From assembly GCA_964016885.1 (NCBI GenBank), contig OZ024740.1:25420001-25484000 (forward strand): a stretch of 64,000 bases of DNA. The letters are read 5' to 3'. Shown here one piece after another: positions 28,530-42,417 of this stretch (its first letter is position 1; each line of letters opens with the position of its first letter). The translations under genes and the position numbers were made by a program. The stretch is from Eledone cirrhosa (Eukaryota). Under the pieces are notes generated by a model that ran no database searches, had not been told where the DNA came from, and saw nothing but the letters and a program-made list of their open reading frames with translations.

Positions 28530-29626
28530 TTTGTTAAATAATAATAACATCAACAACATTGTATCACCATCGTCTTCGATGTGATTTAAAGTTGGAAAAT
28601 TTGTACTGCAATTTTGCTGATTCAAAGATGAACCACAATTAGACTATTACAGCAACAACAACAATAAGAATCATTGCAAACTTTTTATTTTACACCACTA
28701 ATAACATTAGCAATGGAAACTACAACATCAATAATTATAAATCATTAATTAGTAATTATTATTAATAATAATATTGATAATAATATTAATGATAATGATG
28801 ATAATAATTATTGCTATTATAATAATTATTATCCCCATATCATTATTGAATACTAATTAATGATGTATTATCATTAATATTATTATTATTACTATTATTA
28901 TTATTATTACGAGCACTTTATCATTGCTATTATTAAAATGCATATTACTGTTATTATAACTATTACCGTAATTATCTTCACTATTATCATTATTGCTGGT
29001 TGAAGCGCTGTTTGCTACGTCCTTTCCAACCACATCCCGCCAAATTATATCACATCACACCTGACACCTACCGCGGTTCATCATTTAAAAACTCTCAAAT
29101 TCTCAAGTTCTCATCACTATTAATTCCTTGCTCTCTACAATTTCCGCCAACCCCATACATCACCGACACTGCCTATCCGGTACCACCATCGTTAACATTA
29201 CAGCCCTCTATCACCCCTCCCCCTCCCCTACAACGTTCTTTCTCTCACCTTCTACCTCTTCAACTACACTCTCAGTATTTTCCCCCTCTCTCCTTCTGCT
29301 ATTCTCTCTGTATATATTTCACACTCTCCACCCCCCCCCTCTCTTCCCATCTCTATACCTCCACTATTTCAAATATTCATTCTAAATCCATCTCTCTCCC
29401 TATTTGTCTGCTGCACATTCCAACACCCATATATGGTATATATATGATGGCAGCAACTCGATTTCGAGTAATGCCATCGCTTGATACTTAACCATGAGCA
29501 TCACACATGTTGCTTTTTAGTCCTGCTAGTGACTTGCCTATGGCCAGCAATAACATGCCTTGCAAAAAAGCTCACATATCAAGCAATACCTGTGCTTGAA
29601 GCGTGATGACAGTCATGATTACAATG

Positions 29627-29695
<69 letters not shown>

Positions 29696-29719
29696 TCCAT
29701 TCTCCTACTATAATTGATA

Positions 29720-29784
<65 letters not shown>

Positions 29785-29808
29785 TCCATTCTCCTACTAT
29801 AATTGATA

Positions 29809-29908
<100 letters not shown>

Positions 29909-29944
29909 CTCCATTCTCCTACTATAATTGATATATATGTATTT

Positions 29945-30053
<109 letters not shown>

Positions 30054-30082
30054 ATTGCAAACCTGACTGTCACCACAGAATG

Positions 30083-30121
30083 TGAACCTGAAGATTGCGA
30101 AAGCATGAAAGTACTTGTTCA
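30083..30121 (+). ncRNA. Compact type I hammerhead in a ~200-nt insert following (TA)n
   Basis: TGAAC-CTGAAGA-T-TGC-GAAA-GCA-T-GAAA-GTAC-TT-GTTCA; palindromic stem III AGTACT and GAAA tetraloop on stem II. Confidence 0.85.
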
Positions 30122-30282
30122 ATTAACACTTAACATTTACTATTCTACCATACTATTTCATTCTAATATCTTTATACATTTTAAAGGATTGTAAATAAAA
30201 CGAGTAAATCAGACAAAGTTGGAATTCCTTTTATTAATATAATCTTCTATACACAATCATACACACCCGTGTATATTTCTCT

Positions 30283-30339
<57 letters not shown>

Positions 30340-30389
30340 TCTCTCTCTCTCTCTCACGCTCTCTCTTTCTTGCTCTCTCTCTCTCTCTT

Positions 30390-30427
<38 letters not shown>

Positions 30428-30690
30428 CGGCGATGAATTAGTTTTGTGAGGTTTTTGATATGAAATCGTGTGTCGAAACAAATATTGTTATACTTGGGGA
30501 GGGTCATATTTGTGTAATATTGCCAGAATTAATAACAGAACACACTCACTGTTTGGTTGCTTTTCGCTTTTCGCTTCTGTATCTTTTATATCGGTAATCT
30601 AATTTATTCGGTCCTCAATGTTGCCATTGACTGACCAACGGTCAAAAAAAATACAGATACAATATAGACACAAACACAAATATATAGTTT

Positions 30691-30732
30691 ATCAAAGTTC
30701 TTTCGTTGCACATCTGCAACATCGTCAGTGGT
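30691..30732 (-). ncRNA. Minimal type I hammerhead downstream of the GIY-YIG ORF
   Basis: Minus strand ACCA-CTGACGA-T-GTTGCA-GATG-TGCAAC-GAAA-GAAC-TT-TGAT; same architecture as 20570-20612. Confidence 0.75.
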
Positions 30733-30993
30733 GCTATTGTTTCCTCCCGTTGCATTGTATTTTCTACGCCATCTTTATTTAGTCTGTTTATATATTTATT
30801 TATTTGTTTATTTTATTTTGTCTTCTTTGCGCATGCGTTTGCGTGTGTGTATAGTGTTTTGTTTGATGTGTGTTTGTGATTGGGTAACTGTGTATTGGTT
30901 TATGTATTCTATCTTTACTAGTGTGTGTTTATATGTGTTTGTTGTTATTGTGTTTGTGTATGTATTTATTTATTTATTTATGTATTTAATTAT

Positions 30994-31504
30994 TTATAAT
31001 TCTCTTAGGTCAGTGTTGTTTGTTTGGGTGTTGCTGTTATTCCATTCTTTCTGTCTGTTTAGCCTTGGCCTTCTAAGTTCTATTTCACTGGCCTCTCTGA
31101 TTTGTCTATCTGCTGGGTAATTTCTATGTTTAGATATGATTCTAATTTCTATGTTGTCTATGTTACCGTCATGTTGTTGTCTGGCATGTTCGTATAGTAC
31201 TGATCCGTTTTTTCGTCCTTTTAGTTCCCCCCAGTGTTGGTCTATCCTTTCACCTATGCTACGAGCTGTCTCGCCTATGTATGTTGTTGTCATGTTTCTG
31301 CAAGTACCCTCTGTACATCTTATGCTATAGACTACGTTTCTAGTTTTAATGTTTATCCGGGGGTTTACCTTACATATGATACATTTCCTATTGGTACAGT
31401 GGGTTTTCTTAAAAGGGTAGGTTTTGCTGATCAGGGATTTTATGGTGGTTCCTGGCTTTTCTACCACCTTAATCTTTAAGTGGGTCTTTCTGAGGGCCTT
31501 TCTA

Positions 31505-31508
<4 letters not shown>
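30994..31508 (-). pseudogene. Penelope-like GIY-YIG endonuclease domain, 5'-truncated; element spans about 30440-31508
   Basis: CTNRKCIIC...NVVYSIRC...YIGETARSIGERIDQH...EH...RQIREASEI...LNRQKEW; frame open up to the (TA)n junction. Confidence 0.9.
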
Positions 31509-31565
<57 letters not shown>

Positions 31566-33220
31566 TATACAAAATGGCTGGCTGAACACATACATCTTTT
31601 TCTTTTTTCAAAATTATTTGTTTGTTCCGTTCCTTCCTCTTCTCACTCTTTGTCTTTCCATTTCATCTTTTATTTCTCATTCTACTTTTAAATGAAGGAC
31701 TTGTCTCCGAAACATTAAGACAGTTTTCCAACAATAACAAGCGTTAAAGTAACATAATTTTTCAAAACGCCAATCGGTACGACTCGATCACTGACATTGT
31801 AAACAACCTTGGTAGGCAATTAAAGTGTCTGGAAAAATGAAGAAATATTTTTTTAAAATTTTAATTTCAAATAATTTCAATTGATTCCTCTGTTGATATT
31901 TCTGTATAATGAGTATATGAGGGTGAGCAGAATAGTTCATAGGCTGACGATGAAGGAGTGATGCTAGGACTGTGAAATCGTGCATGAATTAGTTTCAACT
32001 TTTCTTATTAACAACTGCATTGTTTCTTTCCAGGTACCATGTTTAAAATATGAACCTCGTTTAGTAATTCCATGAGAGTATCTTGGTTAGTTTATGAAGG
32101 ATTGATTCTAGAACTCTGAATGAAATATTGGATGTATTAATTTCAACACTTTTTATTAATGACTGCATTGTTTCTCCCCAGGACATATGTTGGAAAATAA
32201 ACCTGATTTGGTCATTCCATGAGAGAATCTTGGTCAGCCTATAAAACTTTCAGCCGACCCTCGTATATATAGATATATCATATCTTCAGCATATGATCTC
32301 GGTAAGCCGAACCCCGTATAATAGAAGTATTGCATTGAACCGAGGTTTAACATTAGAAATTATATCGGTGTTGAAAATAGCATTTGAAGTGTAGGATTTA
32401 GGTATATTAATTTCTAAAAACGAGGTGTTTAAAAGGTGGTGAGGTCTAAATGTGATACAAGCTTCATGAGGTTAGAAGATTGTAGGAAGACATGGTTTGG
32501 ATTTTTAGGGGCGCATTCAGTACCATGAACTCAAATGCACACACATACAGGCACACACATACAGACATACGCAAACACATACGTACATCTATAAACTTAT
32601 TTCCTCAGCATTTTGGAAGTTCGAAAGTTCGAGCTTTACACATGTTTCTTTATATTTTCAAACACTGTTGTATTCTGCTCTTTAAATTAGACGGTAAGAT
32701 GATGTCAGGGATCGGCTACTTTTTCTTTCCTTCCATTTCTTTTCAGTTTGTTTCATGAGACTCTCGTGCTACAAAAAGTACAATACATTTTCCCTGACGA
32801 CACATAAATTCTAAGGATACATATTATATATAAATTGGTATAAATTATTTTTTTGTCTTGCCTCTTACTCTTTGGACATCGTTTAGGCTTGTGTCATACG
32901 CCGCGATCCCAGTCGGAATAGCAGTACCGTTGGTATTGACTGAAACTGAAAAAGTCCATCTCAACGGCTAAAGACTCTGGTGTTCAGTGTTTTTCATTTG
33001 CATTTCTATAATCAAAAATATTATTTTCAGTTTTCCGCTTCAAAAAATGTATTGTTTTGCCTTTTTTTCGTTCGCTTTCTCATATTATTTTTGTTACTTT
33101 TCCGAAGTTTATACATATACATATATGTATATAGTGAAGTTTATACATATACATATATGTATATAGTGAAGTTTATATATATATATACATATATGTATAT
33201 ATATATAAACTATATGTATA

Positions 33221-33487
33221 TAGTGAAAGAGTGAAGAATAACATGGTCAACAGTACAAAAATGGTTTTATTTACAGTATTAACAATTGTTTCATTGATTA
33301 AGTTGTCTAACAATTGCTAATCACTTGATTAAGCATTTGATTAAGCATACATTGTATTTAAAATTGAAAGACACAACTTCAAATGATTGGCAATTTTTAG
33401 ACAACCTAATCAAAGAAACAATTGTTAATACTATAACTAAAACCCTTTTTGTAATATTGACCATGTTATTCTTGACTCTTTCACTAT
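33221..33487. repeat. Diverged fold-back element with ~105-bp arms containing an HHR-like 3' half
   Basis: TAGTGAAAGAGTGAAGAATAACATGGTCAA... versus ...TTGACCATGTTATTCTTGACTCTTTCACTA; GAAACAATTGTT on both strands. Confidence 0.7.
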
Positions 33488-33755
33488 TATTACTCCAAGA
33501 TTAACCTGCATAGGAATTCAAGAGAACTTATAAACTCGCTACATAAGTAAACCTCTTGTTGTGTCAAACAACACCGCACGCTAAAACTATCCACAATACG
33601 AAGTATTCACAACCTCTAACTGGATTACCTATAACGATAATTTGTTATCCCTTATATATATACAGTGAGTGTGTTCTGTTATTAATTCTAACAATATTAC
33701 ACAAATATGACCCTCCCCAAGTATAACAATATATATATGTATATATGTATACACT

Positions 33756-34121
33756 AATTGTTTCTACTTTAGGCACAAGGCCAGCAATTACCCAGTGCAT
33801 TAGTGGTACTTTATTTTATCGACTCCTTCAGGATGAAAGGCAAAGTCAACCTCGGCGGGATTTGAACTCAGATCGTAAAGGGACGTAACTATGCTGGAAA
33901 GCATGGCGTCCGACACTCTACCGATACTGCCAATCCACAATAATTGTTTCTACTATTGGCACAAGGCCAGCAATTAACCAGTACATTACTGGTACTTTAA
34001 TTTATCGACCCCGTAAGGATGAAAGGCAAAGTTAACCTCGGCGAGATTTGAACACAGAATGGCAAGGGCCGTAACTCTATACGGCAAAGCATGGTGTCCG
34101 ACACTCTACCGATACTGCCAA
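33756..34121 (-). mobile_element. Two directly abutting SINE copies
   Basis: 33756-33938 and 33939-34121 match the 19676 SINE in reverse. Confidence 0.85.
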
Positions 34122-34402
34122 ACAGATACATGTGAATACCTACATATACATAAATAAATATATATAAATGAATACAGGTATTTATTTTTTTATGTCTGTT
34201 TCTTCTTTCTTTATAATGTATTATTTATATATATATATATATATTATATATATATATATTATATTGTATTATTTATATATATATATATTATTTATATATA
34301 TATATATATATATATTTATAATGTATATATATATATTATTTATAATGTATATATATATATTATTTATATATATATATATATATATATTTATAATGTATTA
34401 TT

Positions 34403-34544
<142 letters not shown>

Positions 34545-35213
34545 ATTCTTTGCTTTATCTTTAATCTGTTATTTTAATAAATATATATATAGAGAGAGAG
34601 AGAGACAGCGAGAGAGAGAGAGATAGATAGATAGATAGATAGATATATATAGATAGATAGATAGAGATATACATATATATAGGTGTGCGTGTGTGTGTGT
34701 TTGAGTATGTATATATATGTGTATGCATGAGTGAATATATATTTATATATTTATATGCATATATATGTGTGTGTAGTGGGTCGGTGTGTCTGTGGCTATG
34801 TGTGCCTGTGTGTATGTGTGCTGGTGTGTGAGCGGGTTTACTAAATTATGCATGCAACCAGTTACATATACACATGTGCATCTATTTGTACATGCAGACA
34901 GTAGGGTCTCCACACCACACGTACACACAACGTCAAGTAGCAACGTATCATGTAGTAGACATTTGCTAGCAAAATAAACCTTTATATAGCATTTACCCTC
35001 AGGCTCCAGAGAAACTATAACAATTATTCTTAAATTATGAAGCCTTTTACTTGTGACTCTTTCCTCAATTTAATAAAGAAGGAAAATCTTTAAAAAATTA
35101 AGAAACTATTCTTCAATATATAAAATAAACATAGAAATGCATCGCTCTCTCTCACACAATATAAAGTGTTTTATGTGAATGTGTATAACTATAAATACAT
35201 TTATATAAATATG

Positions 35214-35252
<39 letters not shown>

Positions 35253-35340
35253 ACCTATAAACGTAATGAAGGAGTAACCAATCGTCCTTGTTATTTTAGT
35301 TCACTATATATATATGTATATACATATATATATATTTATA

Positions 35341-35433
<93 letters not shown>

Positions 35434-35454
35434 ACATATATATATATATATGGC

Positions 35455-35610
35455 AAGTAAGTATGTTTTGAAACAGTGAGCGAGTTTGAAATTAGAAAAT
35501 ATATAGCTTTCACCGTATTTTTGACTAAAGGAATTTTAGCTTGATAACCCCGTTATCAAGCTAAAATTCCTTTAGTCAAAAATACGGTGAAAGCTATATA
35601 TTTTCTAATA
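35455..35610. repeat. Fold-back element with a perfect ~57-bp-arm hairpin; unfolded relative at 37075-37260
   Basis: ATTAGAAAATATATAGCTTTCACCG...GATAAC-CCC-GTTATC...CGGTGAAAGCTATATATTTTCTAAT. Confidence 0.8.
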
Positions 35611-35760
35611 TATTTATATATATAAGTATAATGAATTGTGTATGTCTAGTGATATACGGTCGTTTGGGAATAAACATTTGGAAAGCCTTTAACCAAGAAT
35701 ATTAAGACTTTTAGAGCACTAGCCGTCTAGCGGATTACAAGAGAATTAGCGGGGGACAAT

Positions 35761-35797
35761 ATCCTACGTGTTTCTGGCTCAGGCCGTCATCAGAAAA
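35761..35797 (-). ncRNA. Minimal hammerhead-like motif with a weak stem I
   Basis: Minus strand TTTT-CTGATGA-C-GGC-CTGA-GCC-A-GAAA-CACG-TA-GGAT. Confidence 0.55.
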
Positions 35798-36091
35798 AGG
35801 CTTCACCAAAACTGCACACTGCTGGATTTTGAAACAGGTGAAAATATATGCTTTTATCGGCTATGTAGATAGGCAGATTAGCCACATGTTCAAAGGTTAA
35901 GAGGGATGAAGTAATGTATGGATATGACAACTTGTTAATCGCATCGAATATTAAACTGCGAGTTGAAAATCAACAATATTGTGAAACCGGAAAACTTATA
36001 AACTATTGTAAATAAACCATCTTAACAACTCCAATATTGTCCAGTATTTTTAACTGTGGAGGACATATTGAAGAAAGTTTAAGTTGGAATG

Positions 36092-36161
<70 letters not shown>

Positions 36162-36163
36162 TA

Positions 36164-36341
36164 TAGGAAAAATATGACCCCGACGACAGAGTTCAGCCGT
36201 TTCTAGTCCAGAAATAGCCGTCGAAACGGCCTCAGCTCTGCCGTCGGGGTCATAATTTTTCCTATTTCTCATTCTACTACCCTAAGTATTGAGTACTCTG
36301 GTGCGTTATGATCTATCTGGTTCCTTACCACAATTCCTTTG

Positions 36342-36382
<41 letters not shown>

Positions 36383-36514
36383 AACATATATATATATATA
36401 TATATATATATAGGAACGAGTAGGATCCCGACGGCTGAGCTCAAGCCGTTTCGACAGCTAATTGAGTACTTTGGTGCGTTAGGGTCCACCTGGTTCCTTA
36501 CCACATTTCCTTCG

Positions 36515-36517
<3 letters not shown>
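36164..36517 (+). mobile_element. Two family A fold-back copies (36164-36343, 36410-36517) separated by (TA)n
   Basis: Each starts with an inverted ATAGGAA...GA(C/T)CCCGACG arm and ends CCTT(C/T)GTT followed by (AT)n. Confidence 0.8.
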
Positions 36518-36582
<65 letters not shown>

Positions 36583-36879
36583 ATATATATTTATTTATTC
36601 ATTTACAAACACATAATGATTGATATGAATTATTAACAGCGCCGTACTTTTTATATCGGGAAATAGTTTTTAAGAAAGGGCGTATAAGTATCGCAGGAAG
36701 AAAAAACTTAGCATCAGCATGTGTGGTCAACCAAGCTACATTTATTGATGCCCATTTTCATCCATTCGTGGGGTTTTTCACCATCATTATTAGACAAATT
36801 TATACAGTCAAAAATACAGCAAATTTGTTAACTGAACTGATATATATACATATATATATATATATAAAATTATATAAAG

Positions 36880-36941
<62 letters not shown>

Positions 36942-36997
36942 TATATATATACATATATGAATATATATAATACGTCCATACGTATATGCGTATATGC

Positions 36998-37050
<53 letters not shown>

Positions 37051-37637
37051 CAAGCAAATTATAAATGTAAACATGTAAGTATGTCTTTGAAACGGTGCGC
37101 GAGTTTGAAATTAGAAATTAGAAATTATAAGCTTTCACCGTATTTTAGACTAAAGAAATTTCTAGCCTGATAGTGGGGTTTATAACCCTCGGAGAAATGG
37201 AAAAAGATGAGTGTTGCCGTACATGGGAGTCGAACCCACATCTTTCGTTATCCAGACCATATATATATATGCATATACGTATGGACGTATTATATATATT
37301 CATATATGTATATATATAATATATATACGTTTATATTGATATATAAATGTATATATATACAAATTGATCTAGCCTTCGAAACGGCTGGAGACCAGCCGTC
37401 GGGATCCTAAATATTTTCATAAGTATTCAAATAGTAGCATGCCTCAACATAAACATGTCATTGACCTATAGCCATATATAAAGTCTATGTAAATTATTGT
37501 TATTTATAAAAAGTTACTGTGTTTAAACACCAATATATTATAATCCCAGCCGTATTACCATGTAAACATATATATATATATATACACATAAAAATATATA
37601 TGAATACACACACACACATACATACACACACACACAC

Positions 37638-37669
<32 letters not shown>

Positions 37670-37670
37670 A

Positions 37671-37833
37671 TAACGAAGGAAATGTGGTAAGGAACCAGAT
37701 GGACCATAACGCACCAAAGTACCCAATACTTAGGGTAGTAGAGTGGGTAATAGGAACGAGTAGGACCCCGACGGCTGAGCTCAAGCCGTTTCGACGGCTA
37801 ATTCTGACCAGAATTAGCCGTCGAAACGGCTTG
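37671..37833 (-). mobile_element. Family A copy with a short fold-back
   Basis: TAACGAAGGAAATGTGG...GCCGTTTCGACGGCTAATTCTG-AC-CAGAATTAGCCGTCGAAACGGCTTGA. Confidence 0.8.
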
Positions 37834-37837
37834 ATTT

Positions 37838-37893
37838 ACTGCTATATATATTTCGATGATAGGCATTGAATGGCTATGACCTCATCAGGCAGT
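37838..37893 (-). ncRNA. Type I hammerhead with a TATATA stem III
   Basis: Minus strand ACTGC-CTGATGA-GGTCATAGCCATT-C-AATGCCTATCATC-GAAA-TATATA-TA-GCAGT. Confidence 0.82.
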
Positions 37894-37964
37894 TAGTCAG
37901 TTCTTAGATATGCCAGGTCTGTGTGTATAGTGTTGATGGGATCAGAGCCTTGGGACATATTTTC

Positions 37965-38016
<52 letters not shown>

Positions 38017-38025
38017 TATATATAT

Positions 38026-38546
38026 TGGTAAAAGGAAAAGAAACTGCTGACAAATTGTTCCCAGTGAAAAATAGTTTAATTAGGAATAAGTAAAAATTAG
38101 TAATAAGTATTTGTTAGGATTCAGTTTTAGTTTTAAGTTTTTATCGGTTGTGCATTTCTAATGCTTTTCAAGAATAATTTTGAGATAGAGCGCCCGTGAT
38201 GTTTGCTCTAATATATATATATATATATATATTTTAAAAAAATGAGGTGTGACATACGAGTTGTGATATATTAGTAAAAAAGGAAAAGAAAAGGGTGACA
38301 AATTTTTCCCAGTGAAAAATAGTTTAATTAGGAATAAGTTTAAATTAGTAATAAGTGTTAATTAGTATTTAGTTTTAGTTTTAAGTTTTTACCAGTTGCG
38401 CATTTCTTATGCCTTTCAAAAATAATTTTGAGATAGAAATGCGCAACCGGTCAAAAATTAAAACTAAAACTGAATATTAATTAATACTTATTACTAATTT
38501 ATAGTTATTCCCAAATAAGGTATTTTTAGGTGGGAAAAATTTTTTA

Positions 38547-38632
<86 letters not shown>

Positions 38633-38960
38633 TAAACGGAATAGAAAATGCTGACAAATTGTTCACAGTGAAAAATAGTTTAATTAGGAATAAGTGAGAT
38701 TTAGTAATAAGTATTAATTAGTATTTAGTTTTAGTTTAATTTTTGACCGGTTGCGCATTTCTATCTCAAAATTATTTTTGAAAGGCATAAGAAATGCGCA
38801 ACTGGTAAAACTAAAAACCAAAACTGAATACTAACCAATACTATTACTAATTCTCACTTATTCCTAATTAAACTATTTTTCACTGTGAACAATTTGTCAG
38901 CATTTTCTATTCCGTTTACCAATATATCATAACTTGTGTGTTACACCTCTATTCTTTTAT
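38026..38960. repeat. Three copies of an AT-rich ~170-bp element, two as fold-back palindromes
   Basis: TTGGTAAA...GACAAATT...CAGTGAAAAATAGTTTAATTAGGAATAAG at 38026, about 38271 and 38629; inverted arms at 38436-38550 and 38791-38925. Confidence 0.8.
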
Positions 38961-39301
38961 ATATATATATATACATATTGGTAGAACACTAGAAGGTAAT
39001 ATCCGTAGTGGTAGAGCACTCAGTCCATGGGACGAGTTAGGTAGAAGTGGTTACATAACAGTTAGTTCACCTTAGCGGATCCCCAGCTCGTAATCAGATT
39101 ACGAGCTGAGGATCCGCTAACGTGAACTAACTGTTCTCGGTATGGTGAACTATCTGTGTGTAACCATATATATATATACATATATATATATGTATGTATA
39201 TATATATATATGTATATATATACATGTATGTATGCACACACACACACACCTATATATATATTCATATGCATATATATATATGTATCTATGTATGTGTGTG
39301 A

Positions 39302-39349
<48 letters not shown>

Positions 39350-39415
39350 GCATGTAGCTGTCGAGACGGCCGGAGCTTAGCCGTCGATGTCCTCACACTT
39401 TTTTCTATATTTATA

Positions 39416-39466
<51 letters not shown>

Positions 39467-39468
<2 letters not shown>

Positions 39469-39669
39469 GAGCAAGTAAGACCCCGACGGCTGAGCTCAAG
39501 CCGTTACGACGGCTAATTCTGGACGCAGAAGTCCAGAATTAGCTGTCGAAACGGCTTGAGCTCAGCCGTCGGGGTCCTACTCGTTTCTATTACCCACTCC
39601 ACTACCCTAAGTATTGAGTACTTTGGTGCGTTATGGTCCACTTGGTTCCTTACCACATTTCCTTCGTTA
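39467..39669 (+). mobile_element. Family A fold-back copy
   Basis: Arms ...CTAATTCTGGAC-GCAGAA-GTCCAGAATTAG...; HHR 3' half GAAA-CGGCT-TGAGCTC-AGCCG-TC-GGGGTC. Confidence 0.82.
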
Positions 39670-40225
39670 TATATATATACAAATATCTATATATGTGTGT
39701 GTGTGTGAACGTTTGGGTGGGTGTGAATGTGTGTGTGCGCGTGAATGTTTGTGTGTGTGAGTGTGTGTGCGTGTGGGTGTATTGTTACATGTATAATTGA
39801 TTACTTACACAGGAAATATTAAATTATACTATAAATTATACGTAGCAATATATACGCTATATTTATTCGTCTATATATCCATATATACACCTCATTACAG
39901 CCCTTTAACTAAGTATATTAGCATCTATGTTTTATGTATGCTTGTCTCAGTCTATCTATCCATATGCATCTATAGATAACTATTTCAGCGTATGAATGTA
40001 TATATATATTTACATTGAACAATTATATATATAACAATGTAAGCTTATATATGTGTATGTATGTATGTATGTATGTATGTATGTATGTATGTATGTATGT
40101 ATGTATGTATGTATGTATGTATGTATGTATGTATCTATGTATGTATGTATGTATGTATGTATCTATCTATCTATCTATAAATATATATATATATCCATAT
40201 AGATAAATTACCTAGCGTATGAATG

Positions 40226-40302
<77 letters not shown>

Positions 40303-40490
40303 GTTATTCCGGGTTGAATCGGAGGTAACCACAGTAAGTAAGGTACTCAATACATTGCAGAGTATAAAAGTTTTAATATAGAAGAGATTCTACAGGACTA
40401 GAACTGTTTCATTCTTTAGAAATCATCAGATGATTTCTAAAGAATGAAACAGTTCTAGTCCTGTAGAATCTCTTCTATATTAAAACTATA
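40303..40490. mobile_element. Family B fold-back copy, folding inside the HHR core
   Basis: Same left end as 13488; axis at ATCATC-A-GATGAT, so the 5' strand of stem I is lost. Confidence 0.8.
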
Positions 40491-40547
40491 TATATATATA
40501 TATAAATAAACATTTATATAAATATAGTAATATATAAACATATATAC

Positions 40548-40672
<125 letters not shown>

Positions 40673-40935
40673 ATATATAAATATACATATATATACATAT
40701 ATATGTATGTATGTATGTATAATTGCTATCGTTTGTGTGTGTGTATAGATATGTTTATTTGTGTGCGTGTGTGTTTATATATATATATATATATGTATAT
40801 TATTATTGTTGTTGTTGTCGTTATTATTATCGTTGTTATTATTATTATTATTGTTATTAATATATAAATATATATATATATATTTTTTTTTCTCGTGAAA
40901 TGGCCATACTCGATGACGAGGGTCAGCCATCATGA

Positions 40936-41465
40936 TGTATGTATGTATGTATATATGTTTATATGTATCTATGTATACATGTATACATGTATACATGTAC
41001 ACACACTCACAGTATTACCTCAATATACACTCATGATTATATTGACATGTTTGATTGCGCAACGATATATAAACGTAATTATATTCTATGTACGTATGTA
41101 TATCTGTATACATATACCTACGTACGTATGTATGTAAGTATGTATGTATGTATGTATGTGTGTGTGTATGTATGTATGTATGTACGTATGTATATCTGTA
41201 TGCATATACCTACGTACGTATGTATGTAAGTATTTATGTATGTATGTGTGTGTGTGTGTATGTATGTATGCATGTACATATGTAAGTATGTATGTATGTA
41301 CATACGTAAGTATGTATGTATGTATGTACGTATGTATATATGTATGCATATACGTATGTACGTATGTATGTACGTATGTAAGTATGTATGTATTTAAATA
41401 TGTATATATATATGTAAGTATGTATGATGTATGTAAGGATGTATGTATTTATGTAAGTATGTATG

Positions 41466-41496
<31 letters not shown>

Positions 41497-41786
41497 GTGT
41501 GTGTATATATATACGCACGCATATATGTATGTAAGTATATGTGTGTTTATGTATATACGTATGCATGTAAGTATGTATATGTGTGTGTATGTATATACCT
41601 ATGTATGTACGTATGTATGTATGCATGTATTCATGTATGTATGTACGTATGTATGTATATACGTATTTATGTATGTGTGTATGTAGGTATGTATATACGT
41701 ATGTATGTATGTATGTATGTATGTATGTATGTATGTATGTATATATATATGTATGTATGTACGTATGTATGTATGTATGTATGTAC

Positions 41787-41817
<31 letters not shown>

Positions 41818-42066
41818 TGTATGTATGTATGTACGTATGTATGTATGTAGGTATGTATGTAGGTATGTATGTATGTATGTATATATATATATGTATGTAC
41901 GTATGTATGTATGTATGTTTGTATGTACGTATGCATGTATGTAGGTATGTATGTATATATATATATGTATGCATGTATGTATGTGTATGTATGTATGTAG
42001 GTATGTATGTATGTATGTATATATATATATATATATATATGTATGCATGTATGTATGTATGTATGT
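40936..42066. repeat. Degenerate (TATG)n microsatellite tract
   Basis: Visible 4-nt period; similar tracts at 40053-40160 and 44349-44630. Confidence 0.9.
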
Positions 42067-42326
42067 AACGAATCCAACTATCTATCTATCAATCAACAAA
42101 TCTACCTATCAATTAATTCGGCTCTTCCTCTCTCTCCCCCCTCCTCTCTCTCTCTCTATATATATATATATATGTATATATATATGTATATATATATATA
42201 CATATCTATATAAATATATAAATATATATAGGTATATACATATATATACACATACATATTTATATATATGTATCTATATATTTACATTTATATATATACA
42301 TACATTTATGTATACTTATTTATATA

Positions 42327-42417
<91 letters not shown>

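Noticed and set aside
31690-31722. AATGAAGGACTTGTCTCCGAAACATTAAG, similar to the 47816 remnant
   Set aside because: CTG of the core is missing and stem I cannot be formed; too decayed to call.
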